From Oscillospiraceae bacterium (GTDB lineage Bacteria > Bacillota > Clostridia > Oscillospirales > Oscillospiraceae): 64,000 nt of DNA. This document shows positions 50,306-60,595 of the stretch, one piece after another (within the stretch, counting starts at the first letter, position 1; every line of letters begins with the position of its first letter). The notes beneath the pieces were generated by a model that worked only from the letters and a program-made list of their open reading frames with translations, made no database searches and was not told where the DNA came from. Made by a program: the position numbers and the translations under genes. The stretch is taken from contig WRDH01000002.1 in NCBI GenBank assembly GCA_009783555.1, forward strand, positions 61,314-125,313, written 5' to 3'.

Positions 50306-50989
50306 TTATTTATCTGCAGGGGCTTCTTCTGTTGCGGCCTCTTCTTTTTTTGCTTTCTCTGCCGGGGCTTCTGCTGTTTCAGTTGCTTTTTCTTCCGGGG
50401 CTTCTGTTGTTTCAGTTGGTTTTTCTTCTGTCGCTGCTTTTGCTTCTGCTTTGTCATCAGCTTCTTTTTCTGCTGTTACTTCAACATCAGCAGGAGCTCC
50501 GCCCTTTTCCGCTGCTGCTTTTAGCACAACAGCAAGACTTGTAATCGGAGCGAGCAATGTGCCCAAAAACTGTGCTTGAAGTATTGGCAGTGCCGGAATA
50601 CTTGCAATTGCATTGACTTCATCCACCGACAGGATTTTTCCATCCATAAAGCCGGCTTTAATTTCAAAATAATTCGGCAGTTTATCTGCAAATTCCTTAA
50701 CGATTCTTGCCGGAGCTATCGGATCATCATTACTGATTGCAAGAGATGTAGTCCCTACAAGAATTGTTTCCAGATCATCAAAACCGACATTTTTGATTGC
50801 AAGCTTCATGAGTCTGTTTTTTATTACCGAATATTCAACACTTGCATCACGCATTTTCACACGCATTTCTGTATCTTCGTTAACTTTTATCCCTTTGTAG
50901 TCAACAAATACACCTGATGCACATTTTAGCTTATCGGTCATGTCTATAACTATTTGCTTCTTTTCCTCGAGTATTCTTTCACTTGGCAT
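50306..50989 (-). CDS. rplJ: 50S ribosomal protein L10 with an unusual ~55-aa acidic repetitive C-terminal extension
   Basis: L10 core up to about residue 170; then tandem repeats TETTEAPEEKA / TETAEAPAEKA encoded by a ~33-nt tandem repeat at about 50358-50425. Confidence 0.9.
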   Translation of the reverse strand: MPSERILEEKKQIVIDMTDKLKCASGVFVDYKGIKVNEDTEMRVKMRDASVEYSVIKNRLMKLAIKNVGFDDLETILVGTTSLAISNDDPIAPARIVKEFADKLPNYFEIKAGFMDGKILSVDEVNAIASIPALPILQAQFLGTLLAPITSLAVVLKAAAEKGGAPADVEVTAEKEADDKAEAKAATEEKPTETTEAPEEKATETAEAPAEKAKKEEAATEEAPADK

Positions 50990-51250
50990 TTTTCTGTTTC
51001 ACCTCCATTACAGTATAATATTACGTTCAAAAAAATGCCCTTGCCTACAAAGACAAGAACAACAGCCATAGCATGTAGTACTACTAATATAATGCTCATA
51101 TAAGGCCGCCCTCGGCAGGATTTATCAAGAGTTAATCTCTACCTGCTGTCTTTGGAACGCTTGTGAATACTATCAGAAGATAATACACTTGTCAACAATT
51201 TTTTCATTCTTTACTGATAATTTTGAACCACATAAAGTTAGCAGGAGGAC
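50990..51250 (-). ncRNA. Probable L10(rplJ) leader / autoregulatory 5-prime UTR
   Basis: ~260-nt untranslated region immediately upstream of rplJ; rplJL operons typically carry a structured L10 leader; not verified by structure. Confidence 0.35.
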
Positions 51251-51288
51251 GGATGAACCGTCCCCCTGTCCCAAATTACAAATTATCT

Positions 51289-53424
51289 CTAGTATTCCAG
51301 CGGATCCATTTCCAGAACCGGGTGCTTCTTGTCTGATAGGAATGTCATCATGGCACTCGGGTCTTCTTCCGCAATTGTTTCATCTGCTATCATTGAGCAG
51401 AAATCGTCAATATCATACAGGGTTTTTGCTGTTGCATTAAGCCTGTCATGCACCATCTCTTTTAGAGCTTTTGGCATCCAAACAATCCTCTTAATGCCAC
51501 CCTCTGCCTTCAAAAATTTCTTTGAAGCGATAAAGTGCTTGCCATGACCCATGAAACCGGGAGTCTGTACACCACCGCCGGTCTCCGAGGCCATCTCCGA
51601 GAACGTCATGCCGATCGGAGTAAATCCCGAATGCTCGCGATTTACAATCACTACACCGTTGGAAGTAGGTTCAATGCCGCAGATACATTCAAAGCAGCCG
51701 CAGCTTGTCATCGGATCTACAAGTATAGAATACAGTGTGACTTTATCAAGAGCGCCGTGTGAATGCTTCTTGACAGCTTCGTTAACATCTTCCCAAGATC
51801 CGACACGCTCGTCAAGGAGTTTGTTCTTGGTTACAGGCTGACACGGACCGTTCGGGTCAAGCTCATATGTCGCTTTTCCGTCAAACCATGATACCGCACC
51901 GCAAAGACCAAGACGCTCGGGAGTGACGACGCATACATGCGACGGCGAGAAGCTCTGGCACAAAATACAGTTGTAGAATGTGTCGACGCTTTCATCTGTA
52001 AGGCTTGCAAGACGCTCGTCCCTCTTATCATAAAACTTGTTTGCATCCGCACGAAGGGCTTCAAGCTTGGCAGGATCTGTTATTATGCTTACTTGTAACT
52101 TGTCGATGATTGCTTCAAAATCGCTCTTTAGCTTTGCATACAGCACTTCACCGATATGCTTTATGCGAAATCCCGCTGCATATGCATCCTTGCTGATACG
52201 GATGCGGATCATATCTCTTTGCCCCGTATGCATTATGCCCTCAACCATGTTGAGGAACTGGTGGATTTTACGCTCGAACACAGGTTCAAAGTCTTCTTGC
52301 ATATTCTTTCCTGCAATATCGACAATAATACCGATCGGCATAAAGGCACCTACTTCAACAGCATCCAGATCCGGTCCGTCAACAGTGATAGCATGGTCTT
52401 CAATCTCATGCAAATCCTTTGTGCGTACAAGCTCGAAAGCGTTAACGCGAGCACCGTAGATATCTGCATGCACTTGAGCTTTGCGAATAATCTCACCCTC
52501 GAATGCTGATGAAACAGATACCGGGATGTCGATGTTTGTAATCTTAACTTTAATATTACGGGCTTCGAGCGATGTATCAACCATCTTTGCAAGGTCGGTC
52601 TGAACAATTAGACTCTTAGGCACGCTCCAGACGTTCTTAGTCTCGTTGGTGATAACCGGGAATCCAAGTGCAATCGCGCCTGCGCCGATAGCAACAACAA
52701 TATCCTCAAGAGGACCAAAGGCATTAACAAATGCGGGAACGCGGTGGAAAGCATAGTCTACGACTGCTTCGAAATCTCCCGCTTTGACAGCACCAAAAAT
52801 CATGGCTGCCCGGGCGACAACGGAAATAATGTGTGCAACACCCCAGCCATCGTTGCTGACAGGTACCACACGAAGGTCAACTCCCATCTGAATACCGGCT
52901 TCAACAGCCTGGCCTATAATGCCTCCAAGCAGGAAAACATAAACGCCCCTGCGCTGATAATCCTTTATAAGATCCACAGCTTCGGCGACTGTCGGTGCCG
53001 GGTTTGCCAGGACAACAACACCGCAGATATCGCCGGTGACGAGTGGTACTCCGAGAGCACGTACTTCGGCATCGGTCATGTGCCCATGGCAAGGTGTACC
53101 TTCGTACGGAGCAGGATTATATGCATATTTAACCCCTTCGATAACCTCAGCTAAAAGTGCGGTCGCAATACCGTTACTAAATGCGTCGCCAAGCTTCTGC
53201 TCACGTCCCAGAAGCTCCTTAATTGCCTTAAGAGCTTCATTCAGGTCATCAAGTGTTCTTACTTCTTTTGCCAAAAAGGCATAAATGCAGGAGAGGAAGT
53301 ACGCTGTATTCGGAAACGTCACATGCGCATCTCCGCCCAAGTCATTTACCGCTGTTGCGAGTTGATCTTCGGCAACGGACAGCATAACATCCGCACCGCT
53401 GAATACTCTGTCAAACAAACTCAT
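51289..53424 (-). CDS. acsB: CO-methylating acetyl-CoA synthase, A-cluster subunit (AcsB)
   Basis: Length about 711 aa; A-cluster ligand block TSCGCFECICG and flanking blocks resembling Moorella-type AcsB. Confidence 0.88.
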   Translation of the reverse strand: MSLFDRVFSGADVMLSVAEDQLATAVNDLGGDAHVTFPNTAYFLSCIYAFLAKEVRTLDDLNEALKAIKELLGREQKLGDAFSNGIATALLAEVIEGVKYAYNPAPYEGTPCHGHMTDAEVRALGVPLVTGDICGVVVLANPAPTVAEAVDLIKDYQRRGVYVFLLGGIIGQAVEAGIQMGVDLRVVPVSNDGWGVAHIISVVARAAMIFGAVKAGDFEAVVDYAFHRVPAFVNAFGPLEDIVVAIGAGAIALGFPVITNETKNVWSVPKSLIVQTDLAKMVDTSLEARNIKVKITNIDIPVSVSSAFEGEIIRKAQVHADIYGARVNAFELVRTKDLHEIEDHAITVDGPDLDAVEVGAFMPIGIIVDIAGKNMQEDFEPVFERKIHQFLNMVEGIMHTGQRDMIRIRISKDAYAAGFRIKHIGEVLYAKLKSDFEAIIDKLQVSIITDPAKLEALRADANKFYDKRDERLASLTDESVDTFYNCILCQSFSPSHVCVVTPERLGLCGAVSWFDGKATYELDPNGPCQPVTKNKLLDERVGSWEDVNEAVKKHSHGALDKVTLYSILVDPMTSCGCFECICGIEPTSNGVVIVNREHSGFTPIGMTFSEMASETGGGVQTPGFMGHGKHFIASKKFLKAEGGIKRIVWMPKALKEMVHDRLNATAKTLYDIDDFCSMIADETIAEEDPSAMMTFLSDKKHPVLEMDPLEY

Positions 53425-53428
53425 CTAA

Positions 53429-54220
53429 TTAACCATTCCTTTCTGTATCAAAATCGATTTTATTTTTAATCTCACGAATCTCATCTATTGCAACACCGCC
53501 GGTATCATAAGGAGAACATCCCTTCCTGTCTGCATCGGTCAAATCCTCGCTGTAACTGATGAAACCAATTAGTTCATTCTCCGGGATACGTTCTATTAAG
53601 AATTTCTTATCATCCTCACTGCGAACTTTATTCGCAACGACGCTGACTTTCTTAACGCCGAGATCGGCAGCCAGTTGCTTGACTTTTTTATAGGTTTGGA
53701 CACTTCTTGCGCCCGGTTCGATAACAACGATAAACATATCCACAAAATCCGCAGTACCCCGTCCCAGATGCTCAAGTCCTGCCTCCATATCGAGGATGAC
53801 AACTTCATCACGACCTACGATAAGATTGGAAACAACCCTTTTCAAAAGGACGTGCTCAGGGCATACACAGCCGCTGCCGCCGGTCTCAACGGTTCCCATA
53901 ATGAGGAGCTTAACGCTGTTTTTCTCAAGCGAGAACCTGTCGGGGATGTCGTCTACCTTAGGATTGAGCTTAAACAGCTTGCCGAAATTTGCCTCGCCCG
54001 TCCCGGTACGTTCCTCTATCAAATCGCTCATTTCGGATAATGGTGTAAGCGCCAATAGTTCCTCTTCGGAAAAACCCAGAGCCAATCCGAGATTTGCGTC
54101 AGGATCGACATCAGCCGTCAATACGTGCTTGCCTTCCTCAGCATATAGTCTTGCAAGGACAGCCGCCAGAGTGGTTTTCCCAACCCCGCCTTTTCCGGTT
54201 ACAGCAATTTTCATGAACAC
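53429..54220 (-). CDS. cooC: CooC-type Ni-insertion ATPase (CODH/ACS maturation factor)
   Basis: KIAVTGKGGVGKTT deviant Walker A (MinD/ParA family); CxC motif GSGCVCPE. Confidence 0.88.
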   Translation of the reverse strand: MFMKIAVTGKGGVGKTTLAAVLARLYAEEGKHVLTADVDPDANLGLALGFSEEELLALTPLSEMSDLIEERTGTGEANFGKLFKLNPKVDDIPDRFSLEKNSVKLLIMGTVETGGSGCVCPEHVLLKRVVSNLIVGRDEVVILDMEAGLEHLGRGTADFVDMFIVVIEPGARSVQTYKKVKQLAADLGVKKVSVVANKVRSEDDKKFLIERIPENELIGFISYSEDLTDADRKGCSPYDTGGVAIDEIREIKNKIDFDTERNG

Positions 54221-54248
54221 CTCGTTGTAATGTTAAAAAATCCAACTC

Positions 54249-56156
54249 TTAAAGACCAAGCTCAACACGTTTTTCTTCAACGCGGTTGACTATCGCTTTT
54301 ACGAGCTTGTCGGGATCTGTCTCTATAGTAAAGGTTGCACCGCAAATATTCTTAACATCCTCGGTCAGCAACTTATACATTTCGGGAGATCCGCTGACAG
54401 GTGGTGAGACACCAAGAAATGTATCGATGCCTGTTGATATGACATAATGTCCAATTGCGACAGCTTTTTCGCTCATCCACTCAGCGGCACAAGCAACGAC
54501 CGGAACTTGCGGAACATCAATACCCCAATCCATTGCGATGCGATTTGCAAGAAGCATCATTCGGCTGATATCAACACACGCACCCATATGGAGAATCGGC
54601 GGAATATCTGCAAGGTCACAGACACGCCTGAGTCCTGCACCGGCAAGTTCTTTCGCCTCTTTGCTGAGTAGGCCGGCTTTGAGAGCAGACTGCGCCGCGC
54701 AGCCGGACGCGATTACGATAATATCGTTTTTGATACATTCTTTCATAATTTCCACATGCCCGTAGGCTGTGGGAATCTTCGGGTTGTTGCAGCCCGCCAT
54801 GGCGACTGCGCCGCGAAGAACACCGGACTTGATACAGTCAATAAGCGGCTTATACGTTTGACGTTCATCAACGAAGCTGTTTGTTACACCGTCAAGCTTC
54901 TTTAGAATAGTTTCAAGGGAGAAACCTACTGTACCATGATGCTTAATCGCCGGAATAAAAACCTTGTTCGGGTCACGCTCGGCAAATGCATCGCAAGCCA
55001 TCCTGACGATTTCACGCGCCTGATCAAGTGCTTTTTCGTCATCGATTTGAACGTGAATAGCTCCGGGTATCTGACAAATCTCCGATGTTGTTATAAACTT
55101 TGTATGGAAACATTTACTAATCGGGGTGATGGATGGAAATACACATTGCACATCAACAACCATTGCCTCGACAGCACCGGTTAATATGACATGCTCCTGT
55201 TGGAGAAAGCTTGCGGAGATACGGATGCCGTGTCGCATCGTGACTTCGTTTGCCGTGCAGCATATGCCTGTTATATTAATACCCGCCGCGCCTTTGCTGC
55301 GTGCATACTCAAGAATGTCCTTCTGGTCGGCGGCAACGGCTATCATTTCAGACATCGCAGGGTCATGGCCATGTACAACGATATTGACCTTATCTATTTC
55401 TATACACCCGAGGTTGCCTTCCGTTATGCGTTCAATCGGAGTTCCGAACAGGATGTCCGTGAAGTCCGTAGCCATCATCGAGCCGACCCAACCATCAGCC
55501 ATGCCGGTGCGCATAGCTTGCCTGAGGAGTGCTTCGGGTTTGGTGGAGTTACCCATGTGTGTCATATGCATACATGTAGCAATTTCGCGATCTATTGCAC
55601 GCGGCGCAATGCCTTCTCTGTCCCACAACTCCTGACGCTCTTTAGTGGCGCGCGTTAAATAGCGGGCCGTGCCAAAGGGCTTGCCATAGTCGTCAAGACC
55701 AACAAGCGCAACTTCATGCGCTATGTCATAAATGTCACAACCTTCAGTTTCTACCTCCCACTCGGCGGCAAGGGCGAGCAACTTCTTCTCGTCTGTGATC
55801 CTGTAAGGTCCGTCCGGGCTTGCAGAATGCATAACATGACAGATATGGCGACCGTGATCGGAGTGCGATGCTGTACCGCTGGCGACCATTCTCATTACGT
55901 TTCTTCCGACTATACCGGCAGCTTCCGCTCCGCAAATGCCGCGCGGTGCTTTTGGCGTAATACGGCAAGGGCCCATGCCGCACAAACTGCAGCATACGCC
56001 TTCCAATCCGAATTTGCACTGCGGTTGTTGCGCCTTCCATCTGTCTTCCCACAACTCAAACTCACATCCGCTGCACCTTGATTCCAACGAGTCCAGCACT
56101 TGCTTGGTTGCGGCTCCCACGTCTTCAATCGTGGTAAAATCTTCCCAAGTTCTCAT
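54249..56156 (-). CDS. cooS: Ni-dependent anaerobic carbon monoxide dehydrogenase catalytic subunit (CooS/AcsA)
   Basis: N-terminal Cys-rich cluster-binding region (CKFGLEGVCCSLCGMGPC); 635 aa; adjacent to cooC and acsB. Confidence 0.9.
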   Translation of the reverse strand: MRTWEDFTTIEDVGAATKQVLDSLESRCSGCEFELWEDRWKAQQPQCKFGLEGVCCSLCGMGPCRITPKAPRGICGAEAAGIVGRNVMRMVASGTASHSDHGRHICHVMHSASPDGPYRITDEKKLLALAAEWEVETEGCDIYDIAHEVALVGLDDYGKPFGTARYLTRATKERQELWDREGIAPRAIDREIATCMHMTHMGNSTKPEALLRQAMRTGMADGWVGSMMATDFTDILFGTPIERITEGNLGCIEIDKVNIVVHGHDPAMSEMIAVAADQKDILEYARSKGAAGINITGICCTANEVTMRHGIRISASFLQQEHVILTGAVEAMVVDVQCVFPSITPISKCFHTKFITTSEICQIPGAIHVQIDDEKALDQAREIVRMACDAFAERDPNKVFIPAIKHHGTVGFSLETILKKLDGVTNSFVDERQTYKPLIDCIKSGVLRGAVAMAGCNNPKIPTAYGHVEIMKECIKNDIIVIASGCAAQSALKAGLLSKEAKELAGAGLRRVCDLADIPPILHMGACVDISRMMLLANRIAMDWGIDVPQVPVVACAAEWMSEKAVAIGHYVISTGIDTFLGVSPPVSGSPEMYKLLTEDVKNICGATFTIETDPDKLVKAIVNRVEEKRVELGL

Positions 56157-56362
56157 TTGTACCTCCCTTATTTATGTTAAATGCGATGAACAACTCCTTT
56201 GATTAAAGATATTATACCAGTAGCGAATAACTGTCAATGGAAAACCTAAATTTAGTGCATAAAATCGCATAAAAGATGTTATTTTTCGTGCTGTATTTTT
56301 GTGATACTTGTATATATTGAATGTTGCATCCTTATATTGTATAGTAGCTGTGAAAGGGTGGT

Positions 56363-56941
56363 ATGCAAATGCTGTCATGGGACAATCTTAAAGAAGCGTG
56401 TGATAATTGCACCAAATGCGAGCTTTATAAAACCCGCACTAATGTTGTTTTCGGGGTTGGAAACCGTGATGCCGAGGTACTATTTATCGGTGAAGGTCCG
56501 GGTGAGAAAGAAGACCTTAAGGGTGAGCCTTTTGTCGGGCGTGCCGGCAAATTGCTTGATGATATGTTGAAAATTATCGGACTTTCCCGCAGTAATAATA
56601 TTTTCATCGCAAATATCGTCAAATGCCGCCCCCCCGGCAATCGTGACCCGCACAACACGGAACGTGAGCTTTGTGTTGACTGGCTTAACGCGCAGATTTC
56701 GCTGTTGAAGCCCAAAATTATTATATGTCTCGGGAGGATAGCCGCAACACAGATAATTGACAGCGAGCTGAAAATCACCCGGGATCACGGGAAATGGTAT
56801 GACAGAGACGAAATGAAGTTTATGGCATTGTATCACCCTGCAGCGTTACTCCGTGACCCTCATAAAAAGCCTGATACATTTGTTGACCTCAAGAAAATCG
56901 AAAAAATGATTAAAGAAGTTTGCGAGAAAACCTATGAGTGA
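56363..56941 (+). CDS. udg: Family-4 uracil-DNA glycosylase
   Basis: GEGPGEKED and HPAALLR family-4 UDG motifs; N-terminal Cys cluster CDNCTKCELY. Confidence 0.88.
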   Translation: MQMLSWDNLKEACDNCTKCELYKTRTNVVFGVGNRDAEVLFIGEGPGEKEDLKGEPFVGRAGKLLDDMLKIIGLSRSNNIFIANIVKCRPPGNRDPHNTERELCVDWLNAQISLLKPKIIICLGRIAATQIIDSELKITRDHGKWYDRDEMKFMALYHPAALLRDPHKKPDTFVDLKKIEKMIKEVCEKTYE

Positions 56942-57836
56942 GATATTAACACGTAATCCCCGAACAGATGAAGTTCCCTTGTTAAAAAATCTGTGGAGTT
57001 TTGTATTCGGAGATATCGGGATCGATGCTTTTTTCCGTCTCTTCTTTAAACCGGAGCTATGCCTTGTTGTAGAGCAAAACAGTTCGCTTGCCGCCATGGG
57101 ATATCTTATTCCTTCGGGTGATATCAAAACTGTATCAAATGCGGCAGAGAATGAAAAATTCATTAAATGTGCCATGATTTATTCGGTCGGCACGCTTCCG
57201 GAGTACAGAAGTATCGGTTTAGGAACAATTATAGTAAACAATCTTATCACTCTTGCCGGTAAATCAGGTTATGATGCTGTTGTTCTTTGCCCGTCGGAAG
57301 ACAGGTTGTTTGAGTATTATATAAACCGTACAAAGCTGCGAGACTGGTTCTATGTTAATGAGCGATTATTTTCCAACTTGACTGCCGGCAATCTGTCTTT
57401 AATACCTGTCGAAATATCTATTGATGAATACATAGCATTTCGGGAAAAGCTTCTAAGCGAAGTTGTGCACATGAGGCTAGATGAACATCTTTTTCAATAT
57501 CAGCTTGATTTATGCAAAGAGTTTGGCGGCGGTTTATATCGTATCGGTAATTCCTGCGCGGTTATTGAGCGGCAATCCGGTGGTAACATTTGGATTAAGG
57601 AACTGCTAATGCCCGATACAGGTAAGAGTATTCCCAATGGTAATCTTGATGACGCTGATATTAATAAATTCTTATCTTCGATAGCACATATATTCCCGGC
57701 TGATGAGTACTTAGTCCGAACTCCTGTAAAATCCGGAAGCGGGCGGCGCTTCGGTATGTTGAATCTATGCGGGAGAGTTCAAAAAATATCTGCAGATAAT
57801 GATTTTGCACCGTGGTACGGAGTTGCTTTTGATTGA
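56934..57836 (+). CDS. GNAT-family acetyltransferase-like protein with a C-terminal domain of unknown function
   Basis: YRSIGLGTIIVNNLITLAGKSGYDAVVL motif-A-like segment; 8-nt overlap with the udg stop codon. Confidence 0.55.
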   Translation: MSEILTRNPRTDEVPLLKNLWSFVFGDIGIDAFFRLFFKPELCLVVEQNSSLAAMGYLIPSGDIKTVSNAAENEKFIKCAMIYSVGTLPEYRSIGLGTIIVNNLITLAGKSGYDAVVLCPSEDRLFEYYINRTKLRDWFYVNERLFSNLTAGNLSLIPVEISIDEYIAFREKLLSEVVHMRLDEHLFQYQLDLCKEFGGGLYRIGNSCAVIERQSGGNIWIKELLMPDTGKSIPNGNLDDADINKFLSSIAHIFPADEYLVRTPVKSGSGRRFGMLNLCGRVQKISADNDFAPWYGVAFD

Positions 57837-57970
57837 CTTAACATAATTTTTTACAACTTAATATATTTGAAATATATAGATGTAGATTACTTAACATATA
57901 ATTGCTACTATTCAAGATGCAGGTCGCTAATGTATCTTTTTTCATTTTTTATCCTCATATTCTGTTTTCA

Positions 57971-58010
57971 GACAAACGAGAGCCAAATGCTCTCGTTTGT
58001 CTTTTTTTTC
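57971..58010 (+). terminator. Strong intrinsic terminator
   Basis: gacaaacgagagc caaat gctctcgtttgtc followed by T8. Confidence 0.85.
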
Positions 58011-58066
58011 TTTTCGTGATAACATAGAGGTAGTTGCTACATACTATAATAAGGAAAAATACAAAC

Positions 58067-60358
58067 ATGAGTAATAACGTTGAACAAGCATCATCGGATG
58101 AATTTTCTCACTTAAATGAGGTGCAAAAAGAAGCCGTATTAACTGTCGACGGGCCATTATTGCTGCTTGCGGGTGCAGGAAGCGGTAAGACAACAGTACT
58201 CATGAACCGTATTGCGAATCTCTTATTGAATAGAGATGTTTCAGGGCACGAAATCATTGCCATAACATTTACGAACAAAGCTGCGGGTGAAATGAAAGAA
58301 CGTCTCGGGAGAATGAATGTTCCGGGATCTGATAATGTGTGGGCATGCACATTTCACTCTGCGTGCGTAAGAATTTTGAGACGTGATATTGAACACCTCG
58401 GATACGATTCCTCATTTACTATATATGATACTGCCGATACATCTTCATTAATAAAGCGTATTATGAAAGACTTGGAAATAGAGGAGCGCAACTTTCCTCA
58501 CAGGACGGTGCAGAGTTACATCAGCCGTGCAAAGGATTCTATGATATTTGCCGGTGAATTTCTTTCTTCCGCATTAAAAAGCGGAGATCCGAGAAGAAAG
58601 ATTATCGGTCAGATTTATGTTGAGTATGAAAAACGTTTGCGAGCCGCTAATTCTCTCGATTTTGATGACCTGATCCTTTTAACTGTCCGGCTCTTTAAGG
58701 AAAACCCGGATGTTTTGGAAAGATATCAAAGAAGATTCAAGTATGTTCTTGTTGACGAATATCAAGATACTAACAATCTTCAGTATTTGCTTACTGCCGG
58801 TCTTGCAGGCTTGCATGGGAATATTTGTGTTGTTGGTGATGATGATCAAAGTATATATAAGTTCCGCGGTGCAACAATAGAAAATATTCTAAACTTTGAA
58901 AAGCAGTTCAAAAATGCGAAGATTATAAGACTTGAGCAGAATTACCGCTCGACAGGTATGATTCTTAATGCTGCAAACGATGTTATAAAAAATAATCGCG
59001 GACGAAAAGGAAAAAATCTTTGGACAGAAAATACCACAGGTGAGAAGCCGGCATTGTATATAGTTTCCGACGAACGTGAGGAAGCAAAGTTTGTCGCCGA
59101 TAAATTGCTGGAGAGTGTAACAGGGGGTAGAAAATGGCAAGAACATGTTATCCTTTATCGTATGAATGCGCAATCAAACCAGTTTGAAACCGCATTTAAA
59201 CGCAATGGGATACCATATCGTATTTTCGGCGGCACAGGGTTTTATGATCGGGCGGAAATAAAGGATATGCTTGCTTATTTATGCGTTATATTTAATCCCA
59301 ATGATGATGTCCGTTTACTCCGAATTATTAATAATCCGGCGCGCGGCATCGGAGACACCACAGTCGACAGGCTTGTATATATAGCAAGCGAACTTGGAAT
59401 TTCCGTTTTCGCCGCCATCCGTGAATGCCAAAACTACGAGAATATGAAAAGTGCCGCAGCAAAGCTGCATAAGTTTGCAGATATGATTGATAAACTCCGC
59501 GAGCTTTCAAATACCATACCTCTTGATCAGCTCTATGACGAACTGATATTCCGCACAGGATATATACGTATGCTGGAAGACAAAAATCTTGATGAAAACA
59601 TTTCCCGCATAGAAAATGTAAAGGAGCTGAAAACGAATATTATTGCTTTTATGAACGAGAGTGACGGTTCTCTATTTGATTTTCTAAGCGAAACCGCGTT
59701 ATACACCGACCTTGACCGTGATGACCAAAGCACCGACAGAGTTTTGATGATGACAATGCATAGTGCAAAAGGCCTTGAGTTCGACACCGTATTTATAGCA
59801 GGAGCTGAAGAAGGTGTATTCCCCGGAATGCGTGCAATCGGTGAACCTGATGAAATGGAAGAAGAGCGGCGTCTTTGTTACGTCGCAATGACACGAGCAA
59901 TGCGCAAGCTTTATTTCACAAGCGCAAGACGGCGCATGCTGTTTGGCAGAACCTCTTCATCAGAGCCGTCACGCTTTGTACGTGAAATCAATAACGAGCA
60001 CATAGACATTAATTGTTCCACAAGCGAACTTTCCGACTACACACCAAGCTTCAAACAAAAAGAAACATCACAATGGCAAAAGCCTTACCAGCACCGCTCC
60101 CCCACCCCCGACACCCCTTCTGCGTCAGATTCTGCTCCCGGTTTCTCTTTTGTAACTGCACCTGCACCCAAACCGAAAGCACCTCAACCAACATTGGCAA
60201 TAAATAAAGGTGATACCATCGAACACAAAGCATTCGGACGCGGCATTGTCTTGAACATAACCCCCGCCGGCGGCGACGCGCTTTTGGAAATAGCATTCGA
60301 CAGCGAAGGCACAAAGCGACTAATGTTGAACTCAGCACAAAGATATATAACAAAGTAG
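58067..60358 (+). CDS. pcrA: ATP-dependent DNA helicase PcrA/UvrD. The likely start is MSNNVEQ at 58067.
   Basis: AGAGSGKTTVL Walker A, DEYQDTN, superfamily-1 helicase motifs; C-terminal Tudor-like tail. Confidence 0.93.
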   Translation: MSNNVEQASSDEFSHLNEVQKEAVLTVDGPLLLLAGAGSGKTTVLMNRIANLLLNRDVSGHEIIAITFTNKAAGEMKERLGRMNVPGSDNVWACTFHSACVRILRRDIEHLGYDSSFTIYDTADTSSLIKRIMKDLEIEERNFPHRTVQSYISRAKDSMIFAGEFLSSALKSGDPRRKIIGQIYVEYEKRLRAANSLDFDDLILLTVRLFKENPDVLERYQRRFKYVLVDEYQDTNNLQYLLTAGLAGLHGNICVVGDDDQSIYKFRGATIENILNFEKQFKNAKIIRLEQNYRSTGMILNAANDVIKNNRGRKGKNLWTENTTGEKPALYIVSDEREEAKFVADKLLESVTGGRKWQEHVILYRMNAQSNQFETAFKRNGIPYRIFGGTGFYDRAEIKDMLAYLCVIFNPNDDVRLLRIINNPARGIGDTTVDRLVYIASELGISVFAAIRECQNYENMKSAAAKLHKFADMIDKLRELSNTIPLDQLYDELIFRTGYIRMLEDKNLDENISRIENVKELKTNIIAFMNESDGSLFDFLSETALYTDLDRDDQSTDRVLMMTMHSAKGLEFDTVFIAGAEEGVFPGMRAIGEPDEMEEERRLCYVAMTRAMRKLYFTSARRRMLFGRTSSSEPSRFVREINNEHIDINCSTSELSDYTPSFKQKETSQWQKPYQHRSPTPDTPSASDSAPGFSFVTAPAPKPKAPQPTLAINKGDTIEHKAFGRGIVLNITPAGGDALLEIAFDSEGTKRLMLNSAQRYITK

Positions 60359-60496
60359 CAGCTCAGAGGGTATCCGTAAAACTTTTCATGGTTTCAGTCA
60401 GCACACAAATTTTGCCGATATTACAATTTTCCACTAACGTGCCAGTGCGTTGGCTGGAAGCATTAAAAGTTTTATGGATACCCTCTGAGCTGCTAC
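60355..60496. repeat. Copy 2 of the ~142-bp structured intergenic repeat element, in inverted orientation relative to copy 1
   Basis: gtagcagctcagagggtatccgtaaaactttt ... aaaagttttatggataccctctgagctgctac; internal ccagccaacgcact core shared with copy 1. Confidence 0.8.
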
Positions 60497-60595
60497 CTAA
60501 ACTTCTTTATATATTTCTTGCCATATACTGTTGATTTTGGTAACATGGATGTGACTTTAGTACCAGTTTACTTTTTAATGCCGGAGGATATTACT

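Noticed and set aside
58034-58066. ORF-track start of pcrA at 58034 (MLHTIIRKNTN...)
   Set aside because: A TATAAT-like -10 element lies inside that extension. The conserved helicase N-terminus begins at the MSNNVEQ start (58067), which has an AAGGA ribosome-binding site.
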